Positions 39,141 through 50,200 of a stretch of 64,000 bases of DNA are shown here, in pieces. A program made the translations under genes and the position numbers. The stretch comes from Candidatus Krumholzibacteriia bacterium. Lineage in GTDB: Bacteria; Krumholzibacteriota; Krumholzibacteriia; JAJRXK01. The stretch lies in assembly GCA_041484665.1 (NCBI GenBank), contig JBGPIA010000006.1:128001-192000 (forward strand), given 5' to 3'. The notes beneath the pieces were generated by a model. It made no database searches. It saw nothing but the letters and a program-made list of their open reading frames with translations, and was not told the origin of the DNA. Every line of letters starts with the position of its first letter. The first letter of the stretch is position 1.

Positions 39141-41776
39141 ACCCCGAGCGCTACGCACGGCTCAAGGAGCTGGTGCTGACCGCCCGTAAGCTTTCGCCCG
39201 AGGCGCGCACGGCCTATCTGGAGCGCGAGGCGGGCGCCGATCCCTCCCTCCGCCGCGATGCGGAGGATCTCCTTGCCGGCGACGCCGACGCTCCCGACCT
39301 GCTTGCCTCCGGCTTGATGGCCGGCGGCTCCGCCTCCGAAGTGTTCTCCCGCGGATCCGGATCGCTCCGCGCCGGCCCCCCTCCCGAGCGGATCGGCCCC
39401 TACCACATCGTGGGTATCCTGGGTGAGGGCGGCATGGGCGTGGTGTACCACGCGCGCCAGACCGAGCCGATCCAGCGGGAGGTGGCGCTCAAGCTCGTGC
39501 GCCGGGGCCTCGACACCGAGCGCGTGGTGGCCCGATTCGAGTCGGAGCGCCAGGCCCTCGCTCTCATGGATCATCCGGGCATTGCCCGGGTCCTGGACGC
39601 CGGGGCCGATGAGCGCGGCCTTCCCTATTTCGTGATGGAACTGGTGCACGGGATGCCGCTGGTCGCCTACGCAGACAGCCGGCGGCTCAACCTGCAAGGC
39701 CGCTTACAGCTTTTCCTCGATGTCTGCCGTGCGGTCCAGCACGCACATCAGAAGGGGATCATCCATCGGGATCTCAAGCCCTCCAACGTGCTGGTGACCG
39801 AGCAGGACGGGAAGCCCCAGCCCAAGGTGATCGACTTCGGCATCGCGAAGGCGCTGGAGGAGACCGCGAGCGAGCGGTCCTTGCTCACCCAGGAAGGGCA
39901 AATCCTGGGGACGCCCGAATACATGAGCCCGGAGCAGGCGAGCGGGCGTCCCGAAGGAGTCGACACTCGCACCGACGTGTACTCGCTGGGCGTACTGCTC
40001 TACGAGCTCCTCACCGGAGAGCGTCCTTACCGGCTCCGGACCGCCGCGCTGCGGGAGATCCAGCAAGTCATCGCGGAGAAGGAGCCCGATCGGCCGAGCA
40101 TCGCGGTGGCCCGACGGGACGGAGGTGCCAGCGACTCTGCGGGCGCCGACGCGCGACTCGCCGCGCGCGGCACCACCCTCGACCGCCTTCGCCGCCAGCT
40201 CGCCGGGGATCTCGACAACATCCTGCTCATGTCCCTGCGGAAGGAACCGGATCGGCGCTATTCCTCGGTCGAGCAGTTCGCCGAGGACTTGCGCCGGCAC
40301 CTCGACGGACTTCCCGTTCGCGCCCGCAAGGACACGTTCACGTACCGCGCTGGAAAATTCGTGCGCCGCAACCGCGTGCCGGTGGCGGCCGGCGCCGCCG
40401 CGGCGCTGCTCCTGGCCGCGCTCGCAGGGATCATGGCCGTGCAGTCGGCTCGAATCGCCCAACAGCGAGACCGGGCCCTGGCCGCGGAATCCCGGGCGGA
40501 GCAGAAAGCCACCACCGCCAGGCGGGTCTCGGACTTCCTGGTCGATCTCTTCAGCGTGGCCGATCCGCAGGTGGCTCAGGGCGACACCATCAGCGCACGG
40601 CACCTGCTGGACAAGGGCGCGGAGAAGATCCATCGCGAGCTGACGGGCGAGCCGGAGATCCAGGCCGCGCTCATGACCACCATGAGCCGGGCCTATAGCG
40701 GCATCGGGATCCCGGGGCGGGCCGTACCGCTGGCCGATTCCGCTCTGGCGACACGCATCCGCCTTCACGGCGAGGAAAGCCTGGAGACCGCCGAGTCCCG
40801 CGTGGTGTTGGGGGCTGCGCACGCCTCGTTGGGAGAGATGGCGGAGGCGGAGCGCGCCTATCGCCGGGGTTTGGAGATCCGGCGAAAGCTCTTGGGCCCG
40901 GATCATGAGTTGATCGTGGAAGCTGCGTCCCTCCTCGCCCTCGAGCTCCAGACCGAAGCTCACTTCCCAGAGGCGGAGACACTCTATCGGGAAGTCCTGG
41001 CCATGATGCGCCGCCTGCACGGCGAAAATGCCCGGGAGGTCACCGGCGCGCTCTCCAACTTGGGCGGCATCTGCCACGCTCAGGGCAAGATCGCGGAGGC
41101 GGACTCGCTCCTCACGCTAGCCCTTGCTCGGGCGCGCACCGACGGCTCGCCGCCCATCGCGCTGGCCGATATCCTGGCCGAGTTGGCCGTCGTACTCAAG
41201 AACCAGAAACGTCTCGACGAGGCGGAGCCTTGCTATCGCGAAGCGCTGGAGATCCGGGAACGGATCCTGGGCGAACACGCGCTCACCGCCCAGAGCTACA
41301 ACAATCTAGGGGTGTTCCTTCGTACGCGGGGTGACGAAAAGGCCGCCCTCCCTCACCTCCGGCGCGCTCTGGAGATCTATCGGCGCATCAAGGGCGAGAA
41401 TCACCCCGACGTGGCCATCGCCTGGACCAACCTGGCCCGGACGCTGAGCGCACTCAAGCAAGATATCGAGGCGGAATCGACGTACCTTGCCGCCCTGCGC
41501 TCGGCGGACAACTCGGTGGGGCGGGAATACTGGGTCTACTCCCAGATCGAGCACAACTACGGGGCCTTTCTCTGCGACCGGCGCCGGTACCGCGAGGCGG
41601 AGCCCCTGCTCTTGCGCTCGTACGAGGGCCTCAAGAAGGGACTGGGTTCGGACGCGCGTCGCACCCAGATGGCCGTGGAGAAGATCGTCGACTTCTACGT
41701 GAAGACCGGCCGGCCCGCGCAGGCCAGTCGGTATCGCGCCCTCCTCGCCCCGCCAACAGCTGCCGTGAAGGAGTAG
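39137..41776 (+). CDS. Membrane Ser/Thr protein kinase with extracytoplasmic TPR repeats
   Basis: [34 protein letters not shown]; one TM helix; TPR array; GTGA overlap with the sigma gene. Confidence 0.95.
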   Translation: MNPERYARLKELVLTARKLSPEARTAYLEREAGADPSLRRDAEDLLAGDADAPDLLASGLMAGGSASEVFSRGSGSLRAGPPPERIGPYHIVGILGEGGMGVVYHARQTEPIQREVALKLVRRGLDTERVVARFESERQALALMDHPGIARVLDAGADERGLPYFVMELVHGMPLVAYADSRRLNLQGRLQLFLDVCRAVQHAHQKGIIHRDLKPSNVLVTEQDGKPQPKVIDFGIAKALEETASERSLLTQEGQILGTPEYMSPEQASGRPEGVDTRTDVYSLGVLLYELLTGERPYRLRTAALREIQQVIAEKEPDRPSIAVARRDGGASDSAGADARLAARGTTLDRLRRQLAGDLDNILLMSLRKEPDRRYSSVEQFAEDLRRHLDGLPVRARKDTFTYRAGKFVRRNRVPVAAGAAAALLLAALAGIMAVQSARIAQQRDRALAAESRAEQKATTARRVSDFLVDLFSVADPQVAQGDTISARHLLDKGAEKIHRELTGEPEIQAALMTTMSRAYSGIGIPGRAVPLADSALATRIRLHGEESLETAESRVVLGAAHASLGEMAEAERAYRRGLEIRRKLLGPDHELIVEAASLLALELQTEAHFPEAETLYREVLAMMRRLHGENAREVTGALSNLGGICHAQGKIAEADSLLTLALARARTDGSPPIALADILAELAVVLKNQKRLDEAEPCYREALEIRERILGEHALTAQSYNNLGVFLRTRGDEKAALPHLRRALEIYRRIKGENHPDVAIAWTNLARTLSALKQDIEAESTYLAALRSADNSVGREYWVYSQIEHNYGAFLCDRRRYREAEPLLLRSYEGLKKGLGSDARRTQMAVEKIVDFYVKTGRPAQASRYRALLAPPTAAVKE

Positions 41777-41803
41777 GCCACCGACAACGAGGGGATTCGA
41801 TCG

Positions 41804-42322
41804 GTGCTCCCTGGACGAAACACCCCCACGGGAGTTCATCCGATCCGGGGACCCGAGCGGCGACTGGGACGTGATCCGCACCAGCGAGCCGGTGTGGACC
41901 GGGCGGCTGCGCGAGGCCGCGCGCTGCTCGAACAGCGCACCGGGCCGCTCTATCGGGCCGTGATCGAGGTCCGGCTCCAGATCCCCGCGGATTGGCTCAC
42001 CCCTGCACCCGAGGGCTCACCCAGCGCGCGGGCGGGTCGCTGGCTGCGCGACCAGCCGCCATAGACGGTGGTAGCTCCTGAGGGTGTGAGGATCGCCGGA
42101 CCGGGCGTGAACGTCCGGGCTGTTGGGCCGCTGCTGCTCGCCTGGACCCTTGCTGCGGATCCTTCCGACTCCGGCGTCACGCGCCTGCAGGCGCTGGCCC
42201 TCATCCATGCCGTGGAAGGGGACGTGCGCGGCGGCCGGCTGCGGCGAGCCTTCGCGACGCTCTACCCTGGAGAGTCGGCGGTCGTGGAGTTCGAGCTCGA
42301 ACTCGACCGGATGCCGCCCTGA
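41804..42322 (+). pseudogene. Interrupted hypothetical ORF
   Basis: ORFs 41804-42064 and 42068-42322 are in the same frame, separated by one TAG. Confidence 0.35.
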
Positions 42323-42402
42323 GACTTCGGAGTGCCTCGCCGATCGGGGCCGGCCTGGGCGAACGCTGGCGCGTGCCGGCCGTTCCGGCCAGGCCGGGCC
42401 GC

Positions 42403-42768
42403 TCAGGTCTGCGCGCGGAGTTGCGCGCGGTTGCGCCAGTTCAGCAGGAACAGGACCCCCACGAGGAACAGTGGGCCTGCGATGAGGGCGTACCAATCCC
42501 AGTGTGCGCGCTCATGCATACTCACGATGTAGGCCGCGCCGAGCGCGAAGAACAGTATTGCGCCCACCCACTCCCACCGCCACGCGACGACGAGGGCTAC
42601 GACGATCAGCGCCGTCGGGATGAGGTGCATGGCCAGGGCGAGCAGCGTGCGGCCCAGGCTCAGATGCTCGTCGAATACATCGAGCGCGAACACGCTGATG
42701 AACACGGCGAACAGGATCGTGAGGACGCGCGGCGTCCAGAAGAGCAATCGGCGCACGGACGGACTCAT
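42403..42768 (-). CDS. Small four-TM membrane protein
   Basis: AAGGAGG RBS; WTPRVL..FISVFALDVF, MHLIP, AWRWEWVG. Confidence 0.85.
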   Translation of the reverse strand: MSPSVRRLLFWTPRVLTILFAVFISVFALDVFDEHLSLGRTLLALAMHLIPTALIVVALVVAWRWEWVGAILFFALGAAYIVSMHERAHWDWYALIAGPLFLVGVLFLLNWRNRAQLRAQT

Positions 42769-43124
42769 CGAGCCTCCTTCAAGAGTAACCTGCCCCCGCC
42801 GGTCAGCGCGCCTGCCCTTCCCGATCAAAGGCCACTTCAATGGCTGCCAGTGGGCTCCTGATCGAAGGACCGGTCTGCGCGGCTTGCGGCGCGGACGGCC
42901 GATCGCCGCGCGCGCCGTCCAGCTGAGGGCAATCGTAGTGCTGTCGCCCGCCCACGTGCCACTCTGAGAATGTGACCCGTCGCACCGAGAGAGTCCCTGG
43001 GTGGAAGGTCATCAGGTGTTCTCGGGCCCTGGGTTTTCTGAGGAGCGGAGACAATGGCTGGAGTTCGAGCCCCTCAGACCGACGCTGCGCGCGGTCGTGG
43101 GCGGGACGTGAGGCTCTGCGCGGG

Positions 43125-46100
43125 CTACTCGCCGGTCGCTGTGAACGCTGCCCAATAGAACGGATGGGTGGAGCGTCCCTCGTCCCTGCGCGCGCGCAAC
43201 ACCGCGCGACTGGCCGACTGCATCGCCTGGGCGGCCCCCACCGCCCCCGCGCGGCGCGCTTCGTACAAGGCGCGCATCCACTCCCGGGTAGCGGCATCCT
43301 CCACGGCCCATCGGCTGGCGATCACGGTGCGTGCGCCCGCCAGATGGAAGGCGCGGCGCAGACCCAGAGTGCCCTCGCGGGGAAGAGCGCCGGCCAGAGC
43401 CGCATGGCACGCCGACAGCACCACCCAATCGGTCCCCTCCAGGTCCAGGGTGATCACCTCCTCGGCGGTGAGCAGCCCTTCGTTCTCATCGGCGCTGTGC
43501 TCGTGGGCGTGATTGGCGCCGGCCAGGGCGAGCCACACGCGGCGATCCGACCAGGGCGAAGGACCCACGCCGATCGCCGGCATTGTGAAGGGCCTTGCCC
43601 TTGCCGCCGCCGCGGACTGGGGAGCATCGCTCACGGGCGACACTCCGCCCACGCCGCGGGTCCCAACGTCACCTGTCAGGCAGGTGTCGCGGGCGACGAT
43701 ACCGTGGGTCGCCAGGTGCAGGATGGCCCGCCCTGGCGCCTCCCGCTTGACGGCGGCCTCGGTCGCGTCCTGGCCGACGAGAAGCGTGGCGGTGCGGTGG
43801 CTTCCACCGGCGCACCAAGCGCGGGCGGCCTCCTGCGCCTCGCGCCCGCTGGCCGGCAGCTGCGCCAGCACCAGGTCCGCTCCGCCGGAGCACGGATCGG
43901 AGGCCGCTCGCACGGTCGCCGCCGCGATCACCGGCGCCGCCGCGAGCACGGTCGCCGCCGCGATCACCGGCGCCGCCGCAATCTGCGGCTGCTCTCCGGC
44001 GGATTCGTACTGGGGATCCCCGACGGCGAGCATCGACGTCGAGGTGACCGGCTCGTGCGGCGCGACCAGCTCCCACTCGGCGTTGAGCACGTGCAGGCGC
44101 GGCTCGGCCTCCACAAGATACCCGCCGTCCTTGTCGGGGAGCGCCTGCCAGGGCATATCCAGCAGTGGGCCATCGGCCACTACGAAGACGTCCTTCGCGC
44201 CGCCGAGGAGGCCCGCGATGCGGTCCCAGGTCGCCGTACGCGCAGCGCGCCCGAGCGCCCGGCAAGCCCGCTCTGCTTCGCCGGCCGCACGCACGTCCGG
44301 ACCCGGAGGCGCGGCAAGCTGCTCTTGCCAGGCGTCGAGCACCGCGCGCAGCTCCCGGGTGCGCCCCAGGTCCACCAGGCTGATGTCTTTGCCGCCCCCG
44401 CGCGCCACGAAGGCCAGCACGCGGGCCGTATCGGTGGGAGCCGCGATCTCGATCACCGAGACCAGCGCCTGTCCGGCGCGCAGTCGAGCGCGAACGTCGG
44501 ACAACGCCACCTCCGCCGGAACGGCGGCCGCTCGCCGGCCGGCCAGGGCCTGGACGTAGGCCCGCTCCGTTACCTCGGCGAGCGATCTCAGGCGCTCGAG
44601 CTTCGCGGTCTCGGCGGAGTCATCGGCCGCGCCGGCGGTGAGCACCACCCTCTGCGCATAGCTGCGCTGGGACTTCAGCCATTGCGCACGGGCGGCCACG
44701 ATCTTGGGGTCGGATCGCAAAGCCAGTGGGAGGCGGCGGCGCGCGAGCTCGGCGCGCACGAGACCGCGCGTGCGCACCAGGCGGTCCCAGGCGGCCTCGA
44801 GCCGTTGCGGGCTGCCGTTGCGCGCGAGATCGACCACCACATCGAGATTGCGCGACTGCTCCCAGGAGAGCTGCAGCGCGCGGCCGTCCGGGAGCGCCTG
44901 GACGTTCCAGCACACCTGCTGATGGGAGCGGCGGAATGCTTCCAGCGCATGCGTCCAGGCTTGCGAGTCTCGTCCCAGTTTCTGCGCGACGCGCGCATCC
45001 CAGTAGGAGATGCTGGCAGCGGTGGTGGTGGTGTGGAGCGAGAACTCGTCCGCCAGACGGTCGAGCGAGCGGCACGTGCTGTCGAGGGCCGCCGAGTCCG
45101 CCGACGCGCAGAGCACCTCGAGCAGGGTATAGTGCAGGAGAGCCAGGGTGAACGCTGATGGGTTTGGCGCCGCTCGCGCGGTGCGCAGTCCCCGCTCGCA
45201 GGCCGCGCGAGCGCCTGCGTCGTCCCCGCTCGTATGGAGCACCCGTGCTTGCCAGGCCAGTGCGTAGGCCAGATTCGGATCCGGCGGCCCGGGTTGAGCG
45301 GCGAGGTCGGTCTCGACCTTGCGCAACAGGCGCATGGCCGCGCTTGAGTCCCCCACGCCTGCACACGCAAGTCCCAGGTTCAACCGCGTGCTCGCCGTCC
45401 ATCGGTCGCGCGGTCCGCGATGCGATTCGTACCACGGCAGGACCGTCTGGAGCTCCGCACGCATGCCTGCGTAGTCCCCGAACATGAACAGCGCGGCGGC
45501 CAGATTCCCCCGCATCCGGATAACCTCAGGATCGTCCTCGGAACCGTGCAGGCGTGATACGCGCAGGGCCTCCTGGCTCAGGTCGAGAGCCCAGGCATGG
45601 TTGCCGGCCGCGGTCTCGACGCCGGCGAGGTAGTCCAACGGCAGGATCCGCTGCCGCGCATCTCGCCCCACGGTCTTTCCGAGCACGCTCAGCGATCGCT
45701 CCAGCGCCTCCCGCGCATGATCCAAGTCCCCCAGCTGGTGCCAGCAGTAGCCCATCTGCGCCAGCATCTCAGCCACCGCCCGATGCACCGGACCGTGGTA
45801 GTGCTCGCGGATCGAGAGCGCCTGCCCGAGCTCCTCCAGCGCACGGCGGAAGTCCCGCAGACCGCGGTGCGCCAGGCCGGAGTATCCCCAGGTGTTCGCG
45901 ACCAGCGTGTCTGCGGGTCCGAGCAGCGAAGTGCAGATCTCCCGCGCCTTCTGGTAATGCACCAGTGCGCTGTCGTTCCCGCCGGTATTGCTGAAGACCC
46001 GTCCAAGCAGCACGTGCGCCTCTGCGACGTCGACGTGCTCCGCGCCCAGCTCCCGTTGCCGGATCTCCAGGCACCGCCCCGTGGCTTGCAGCGCCTTGCC

Positions 46101-46403
46101 GTCGGACAGATTGAGTCGAAAGCACCGCGCTTGCCCGATCGCGAACAGCATGTCGGCGATGCGCAGCGAGTCGGCAGCGGGGTCGCTGGAGAGGCGGGCG
46201 AGCACCACAGCGGCGAGGCTCTCGGCCGGGACCCAGCTCCGTTGCTGCTGGAAATGCCGGACGGCCGCCAGGTCCTCGTCCAGCGTGGGTGCGCTTCCGG
46301 CTTTTGACCCTGCTCCGAAGGACAGCGTCAGCCACAGTGCCGCCAGCAGCGCCGCAGGAAGCGCCAACGTGTGAGCTGAAGGGCTTTTCTTATGGGAGAT
46401 CAC
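43125..46403 (-). CDS. TPR + CHAT (caspase-like) domain protein, possibly exported
   Basis: TPR repeats; DGPLLDMPW, HLATHG (His), VVLSAC (Cys), RAFHLAGARTV, HPFYWAAF; N-terminal hydrophobic stretch. Start uncertain. Confidence 0.9.
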   Translation of the reverse strand: MISHKKSPSAHTLALPAALLAALWLTLSFGAGSKAGSAPTLDEDLAAVRHFQQQRSWVPAESLAAVVLARLSSDPAADSLRIADMLFAIGQARCFRLNLSDGKALQATGRCLEIRQRELGAEHVDVAEAHVLLGRVFSNTGGNDSALVHYQKAREICTSLLGPADTLVANTWGYSGLAHRGLRDFRRALEELGQALSIREHYHGPVHRAVAEMLAQMGYCWHQLGDLDHAREALERSLSVLGKTVGRDARQRILPLDYLAGVETAAGNHAWALDLSQEALRVSRLHGSEDDPEVIRMRGNLAAALFMFGDYAGMRAELQTVLPWYESHRGPRDRWTASTRLNLGLACAGVGDSSAAMRLLRKVETDLAAQPGPPDPNLAYALAWQARVLHTSGDDAGARAACERGLRTARAAPNPSAFTLALLHYTLLEVLCASADSAALDSTCRSLDRLADEFSLHTTTTAASISYWDARVAQKLGRDSQAWTHALEAFRRSHQQVCWNVQALPDGRALQLSWEQSRNLDVVVDLARNGSPQRLEAAWDRLVRTRGLVRAELARRRLPLALRSDPKIVAARAQWLKSQRSYAQRVVLTAGAADDSAETAKLERLRSLAEVTERAYVQALAGRRAAAVPAEVALSDVRARLRAGQALVSVIEIAAPTDTARVLAFVARGGGKDISLVDLGRTRELRAVLDAWQEQLAAPPGPDVRAAGEAERACRALGRAARTATWDRIAGLLGGAKDVFVVADGPLLDMPWQALPDKDGGYLVEAEPRLHVLNAEWELVAPHEPVTSTSMLAVGDPQYESAGEQPQIAAAPVIAAATVLAAAPVIAAATVRAASDPCSGGADLVLAQLPASGREAQEAARAWCAGGSHRTATLLVGQDATEAAVKREAPGRAILHLATHGIVARDTCLTGDVGTRGVGGVSPVSDAPQSAAAARARPFTMPAIGVGPSPWSDRRVWLALAGANHAHEHSADENEGLLTAEEVITLDLEGTDWVVLSACHAALAGALPREGTLGLRRAFHLAGARTVIASRWAVEDAATREWMRALYEARRAGAVGAAQAMQSASRAVLRARRDEGRSTHPFYWAAFTATGE
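43910..43981. repeat. 36-bp in-frame tandem duplication in the CHAT gene
   Basis: Encodes AAAPVIAAATV twice (IAAAPVIAAATVLAAAPVIAAATV). Confidence 0.85.
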
Positions 46404-46664
46404 TGCACGGGATGCCCAAGAACGAGCGGGGGAGCCTCGATCCCTCGATGCCGGGTCAGCGCTCCACGCCTCTGGGCAGAGGGCCGCTGGAGGGTGGAGG
46501 GCGCCGCCCATCTATTATCAACCGCGTCAATGAACCGCGTCCAGTCGCTGGGGGAAGGCTCGATCGGGCGGATGGGGTGCCGGCCGGATCGAGCGCCACG
46601 GACGGCGACTCGTCCAGCGGGTGAGTCCTCGGATCGGGGCACCCACAAGGGCCGTGGCGCGCAA

Positions 46665-47948
46665 TCAGCGCCGACTCCCCGCGTCCCCCGGCTCCGGGGG
46701 CAACAAGAAGCGCAAGATGTCGGGCAGCCGGGCGGCCCAGGCATGCTCGTTGTGGGCCGCGCCCGGAGCCTCGAGGTAGCCGAGATTCTGGCCAGCGATG
46801 TAGCCACGCGCGAGCAACACGTCGCGGAAGCGACGAAGCTCGCCCACCAGCCGCGGCGGGGATCCGGTATCCGCGGGGTCTTCCGCGGTGCCCATGTCGA
46901 TCCAGATCCGCAACGGCAAGTGTTGCGTGGCGGCAGCCTCGTATTGCCGTTGCAGGTCGTGGTCGCCCCACTGCACCACCGGCGAGACGCCGGCCACCAG
47001 CCCGAACGTCTCCCCGGCGACGACGCCGGCGTAGAGTGATACGAGCCCTCCGAGCGAGGAGCCGACCATCGCCGTCTGATCGCGCCCGGGCAGCGTGCGA
47101 AACAAAGAATCGATGTGCGGCTTGAGCTCCTCCAGCAGGAACTTCAAGTAGAGGTCGGCGCGCGGCGCGGTGGCGGATCCCGCGTCGGCGACCTGCGTGT
47201 ACTCGCCGACGCGCTGCGGCGTGTTGGCGATGGCAACGGCGATCGCCGCCCGCATCTCGCCCGCCGCGATCAGACGCTCGAGCGTCTCGTCGGCGCCCCA
47301 CTCGACGCCGATGAACGCGCTCGCCGCGTTTAATACGTTTTGGCCGTCGTGTAAGTAAACGACCGGGTAGCGATGCTGTGGCAACCGCTGGTACGACGGC
47401 GGCAAATAGACCCAGACATCGCGCTCGTTGCCAAGCGCCGCGCTGCGAATCCGCCCGAGGTAGCGCACCTCGCCGGTGAAGGTCGCGGGCCGCGTAGCCG
47501 CCCGTCTTTCCACCTGGTCGCGCCACTGCGCGACCTGCACGTGCACAGTGTCTGCGTGGACCGCCACCAACCGCCGGTTGGCGATCTCCTCGCCCGCAGA
47601 CCCCTTTTCCACGGTCTCCCAGCTCCCGCGCGTGAGTTTGTACTCGAGCGCCCAGCCGGCCGGCAGCTCGAGCGTCACGCTATGGGTGTGCGCACCGAGG
47701 GGCTGCAACGCGACCTTGCCCGGATCCCATGGTCCCAGCTCCGGGAGGTTCCCGGAAATGCGAAGGGTGTCAGCGGGCGGGGTGCTCGCCGGCGCCTGGA
47801 CGACGAACGTGATCGTGATGCGCGTCGCGCCAGGAGCGGGTGGGGCTGCCCCGGCCGCCGGCCGAACCAGCGCTAACGAAGCGGCGAGCAGGATCGCGAC
47901 CTGCCGCCGACTCGAGATGCGGCGGCTGATCGTCCGGGCATTCCACAT
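46665..47948 (-). CDS. Secreted CBM20-like + alpha/beta-hydrolase (putative esterase)
   Basis: ISGNLPELGPWDP, YKLTRGSWETVEK; VYLPPSY, YPVVYLHDGQN, GSSLGG, HNEHAWAARL. Confidence 0.9.
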   Translation of the reverse strand: MWNARTISRRISSRRQVAILLAASLALVRPAAGAAPPAPGATRITITFVVQAPASTPPADTLRISGNLPELGPWDPGKVALQPLGAHTHSVTLELPAGWALEYKLTRGSWETVEKGSAGEEIANRRLVAVHADTVHVQVAQWRDQVERRAATRPATFTGEVRYLGRIRSAALGNERDVWVYLPPSYQRLPQHRYPVVYLHDGQNVLNAASAFIGVEWGADETLERLIAAGEMRAAIAVAIANTPQRVGEYTQVADAGSATAPRADLYLKFLLEELKPHIDSLFRTLPGRDQTAMVGSSLGGLVSLYAGVVAGETFGLVAGVSPVVQWGDHDLQRQYEAAATQHLPLRIWIDMGTAEDPADTGSPPRLVGELRRFRDVLLARGYIAGQNLGYLEAPGAAHNEHAWAARLPDILRFLLPPEPGDAGSRR

Positions 47949-47957
47949 GCCCCAGAC

Positions 47958-48210
47958 CAGGGTCGAGCAGATCGGCTTGACCTCAGCTGGCGCAGCAGTG
48001 GCCACTCCGATGGCGAGCGGAAGACCATGGCCGTCCGCGACTGCCATGAGCTCTGAACCCTTGCCCCGCTTCGTCGGGCCCACACTCGGCGATGGCAGGT
48101 GGCGTGGGAGGGATGGCGCCCACTGTTCGTCCTTGAGATCCATGTGCTCCCTCCTGGGCGCAGTCCATGAACCCCTGCGGGAGCAGTCTAGCCGGCCGGA
48201 CCCCTTCTGA
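47958..48210 (-). mobile_element. Internally deleted IS5-family transposase remnant
   Basis: MDLKDEQWA followed after a short linker by VGPTKRGKGSELMAVADGHGLPLAIGVATAAPAEV, i.e. the N-terminus and DDE-region motifs of IS5-family transposases. Confidence 0.8.
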
Positions 48211-48322
48211 CATTTCTTCTGGGGGCTTGGGTCTTGACCGTCAACAACATCAGCCACAGGCCGCTGTCTCTGCGAACGTCCCAGACCCAACGATATGGGA
48301 GATAATGAGTGTACCGGCCACC

Positions 48323-50200
48323 TTACCGTGCCAGCAGCACCTTCAGTGATGACTCCCCGCCGGTCGGCGTTTCCACTCGAACGAAGTAGATTCCTGCCGG
48401 GACGGTGCGTCCGGAATCGTCGCGGCCGTCCCAGGAAAACACCCGGCCCCCTTGGGGGATCTCGCCGGACAGGAGAGTGCGGACGAGGCGGCCGGCCGCG
48501 TCGTGGACGCGCAGCGAAGCCCTGGCAGCGTTCGCCAGGGTCAACTCCACCTGCACGGTTTCGCGGAACGGGTTCGGACCGACGAGCCGAAATCCAGGCC
48601 CCAGTCTCACCGGATCTGTCGGCACGCCGGTGACGTTCCCGAGAACGCTCTCCGTGGCGAAGGGTGATCCTGCATACGCGCCGTCGATCGCCTGCACACT
48701 CCAGTAGAAGGGGCCGGGCCCCGGGGGCTCGATTTCCCACGTCCTCATGTGTTGGGTGTTCCCCATCGCCACGACCCGGCGGAAGCCGCTCGGCCCTGCT
48801 TCCGGCGCCAGCACGTCGCCGGCTCCGGGAGTGGTCCCAATGCGCAGGTTGTAGGTCAGCCCTCCCGACGGAGTCTCGTTGTCGGTGGCTGCGTTCCACT
48901 GAAAGGTCCCGCGACTGCCGTTGAGTGTCGCAGAGAGCCCGGTCGGCGCCTGTGGCGGCGTGTTGGCCGTACTGCAGGCGTTGCGGTAAACCGCGGCCAG
49001 GATACCGGGACTGCTGTCGTCGCCGGTCAGCAGGATGTCCAGATCGCCGTCGTTGTCGTAGTCGCCCCAGCCGGACGCGCTCCTCGATTCGTTATTGCCT
49101 ACCCCAGGCAGCCCCGCGGCGATGTCCTCGAACACCGGGAAGAAGGTCCCCCCGTTTCGACGGAAGACCTTGGCCTGCGGAGCGATGCCGTCGTATCCGG
49201 CGAAGAGGATATCCCGGCTCCCGTCGTTGTCGTAGTCGCCCCAGGCTGCGCTGCCCTGCTGCACGCCCTGGCCGAAGGTCGGGGTATCATCCGTGAAGAA
49301 ATGCTGCCCGGCAGAGGAGACGTTCGTGAACACCCCGGTATCGGAGTTCGGTCCGTATCCTCCCGTGGCCACAACGTCCAGGTCGCCGTCGTTGTCGAAG
49401 TCGCCCCAGGCGACGGAGACATAGCCGATCGGCACGGTGCTCGGCAGAACCGCGGCCTCTGCAAAGGTGGGATTCGGCCCCCCGCCGTTTCGGAAGAGCT
49501 TCACGATCCAGTCGGACTGGTGATAGCCGGTGATCAGGAAGTCGAGGTCCCCGTCGTTGTCGTAGTCGCCCCAGGCGACCGAGCCGTCCCGCGCTGCCGG
49601 GAGCGCGATGCCAGCGTCGCTGAACGTCGGGTTGGGCCCCCCGCTGTTGCGGTAGATCCCCGTGATCGAAATCGACGCAGGTGCGTTGTTCAGACCTGTT
49701 AGCAGCAAGTCCGGGTCCCCATCGTTGTCGTAGTCCCCCCATGCTGCCGCGCTGTAGGCAATCCCCGGCAGAGCGAGCAAGGCGTTCGTGAACGTGGGAT
49801 TCGGCCCGCCGTTGTTCCGATAGATCTGCGTGAGCGGCCCTCCAGCTCCGAAGCCGGTGAGAAGGACGTCGAGATCGCCATCACGATCGTAGTCGGCCCA
49901 GCTCCCCGAGCCGTAATCGAATCCCGGCAGTCCGGTGGCGATATCCACAAAGGTCGGATTGGTGCCACCTGAGCTCCTGTAGATGCGCGTGAACGCGCCC
50001 GCGCCGAGCAGGAGATCCAGATCCCCATCATTGTCGTAGTCCCCCCAGGCGGAGAAGCATCGGGTTACGCCCGGAAGGCCCAGCGAGGCGTCGGTGAAGC
50101 ACGTCGCGGCCCGCAGTGGGCAAGCGGGACCGAGTGCCGAAGCGAGCGCGAGGACACGGACGACCCCGCGGAGGACGGGCGTGTGAGCGGCTCGGGACAT
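48323..50200 (-). CDS. FG-GAP/VCBS repeat protein with FN3-like and FlgD-Ig tail
   Basis: Seven WGDYDNDGDLD-type repeats; NTPPQAPTGL...YNLRIGT...YWSVQAID; GPNPF...WDGRDDSG tail. Confidence 0.93.
   Translation of the reverse strand: MSRAAHTPVLRGVVRVLALASALGPACPLRAATCFTDASLGLPGVTRCFSAWGDYDNDGDLDLLLGAGAFTRIYRSSGGTNPTFVDIATGLPGFDYGSGSWADYDRDGDLDVLLTGFGAGGPLTQIYRNNGGPNPTFTNALLALPGIAYSAAAWGDYDNDGDPDLLLTGLNNAPASISITGIYRNSGGPNPTFSDAGIALPAARDGSVAWGDYDNDGDLDFLITGYHQSDWIVKLFRNGGGPNPTFAEAAVLPSTVPIGYVSVAWGDFDNDGDLDVVATGGYGPNSDTGVFTNVSSAGQHFFTDDTPTFGQGVQQGSAAWGDYDNDGSRDILFAGYDGIAPQAKVFRRNGGTFFPVFEDIAAGLPGVGNNESRSASGWGDYDNDGDLDILLTGDDSSPGILAAVYRNACSTANTPPQAPTGLSATLNGSRGTFQWNAATDNETPSGGLTYNLRIGTTPGAGDVLAPEAGPSGFRRVVAMGNTQHMRTWEIEPPGPGPFYWSVQAIDGAYAGSPFATESVLGNVTGVPTDPVRLGPGFRLVGPNPFRETVQVELTLANAARASLRVHDAAGRLVRTLLSGEIPQGGRVFSWDGRDDSGRTVPAGIYFVRVETPTGGESSLKVLLAR

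Noticed and set aside
25218..42064. Several in-frame TAG codons (25218, 25540, 42062) suggesting amber recoding or pyrrolysine, tempting given the nearby LysRS paralog
   Set aside because: Many intact genes end in TAG at their natural C-termini (2071, 13313, 17566, 27565), the interrupted ORFs are otherwise degraded, and I saw no pyl genes or tRNA.
48211..48899. Upstream extension of the 744-aa ORF 46665-48899
   Set aside because: It overlaps the FG-GAP gene out of frame and runs through the IS5 remnant; not part of the esterase.
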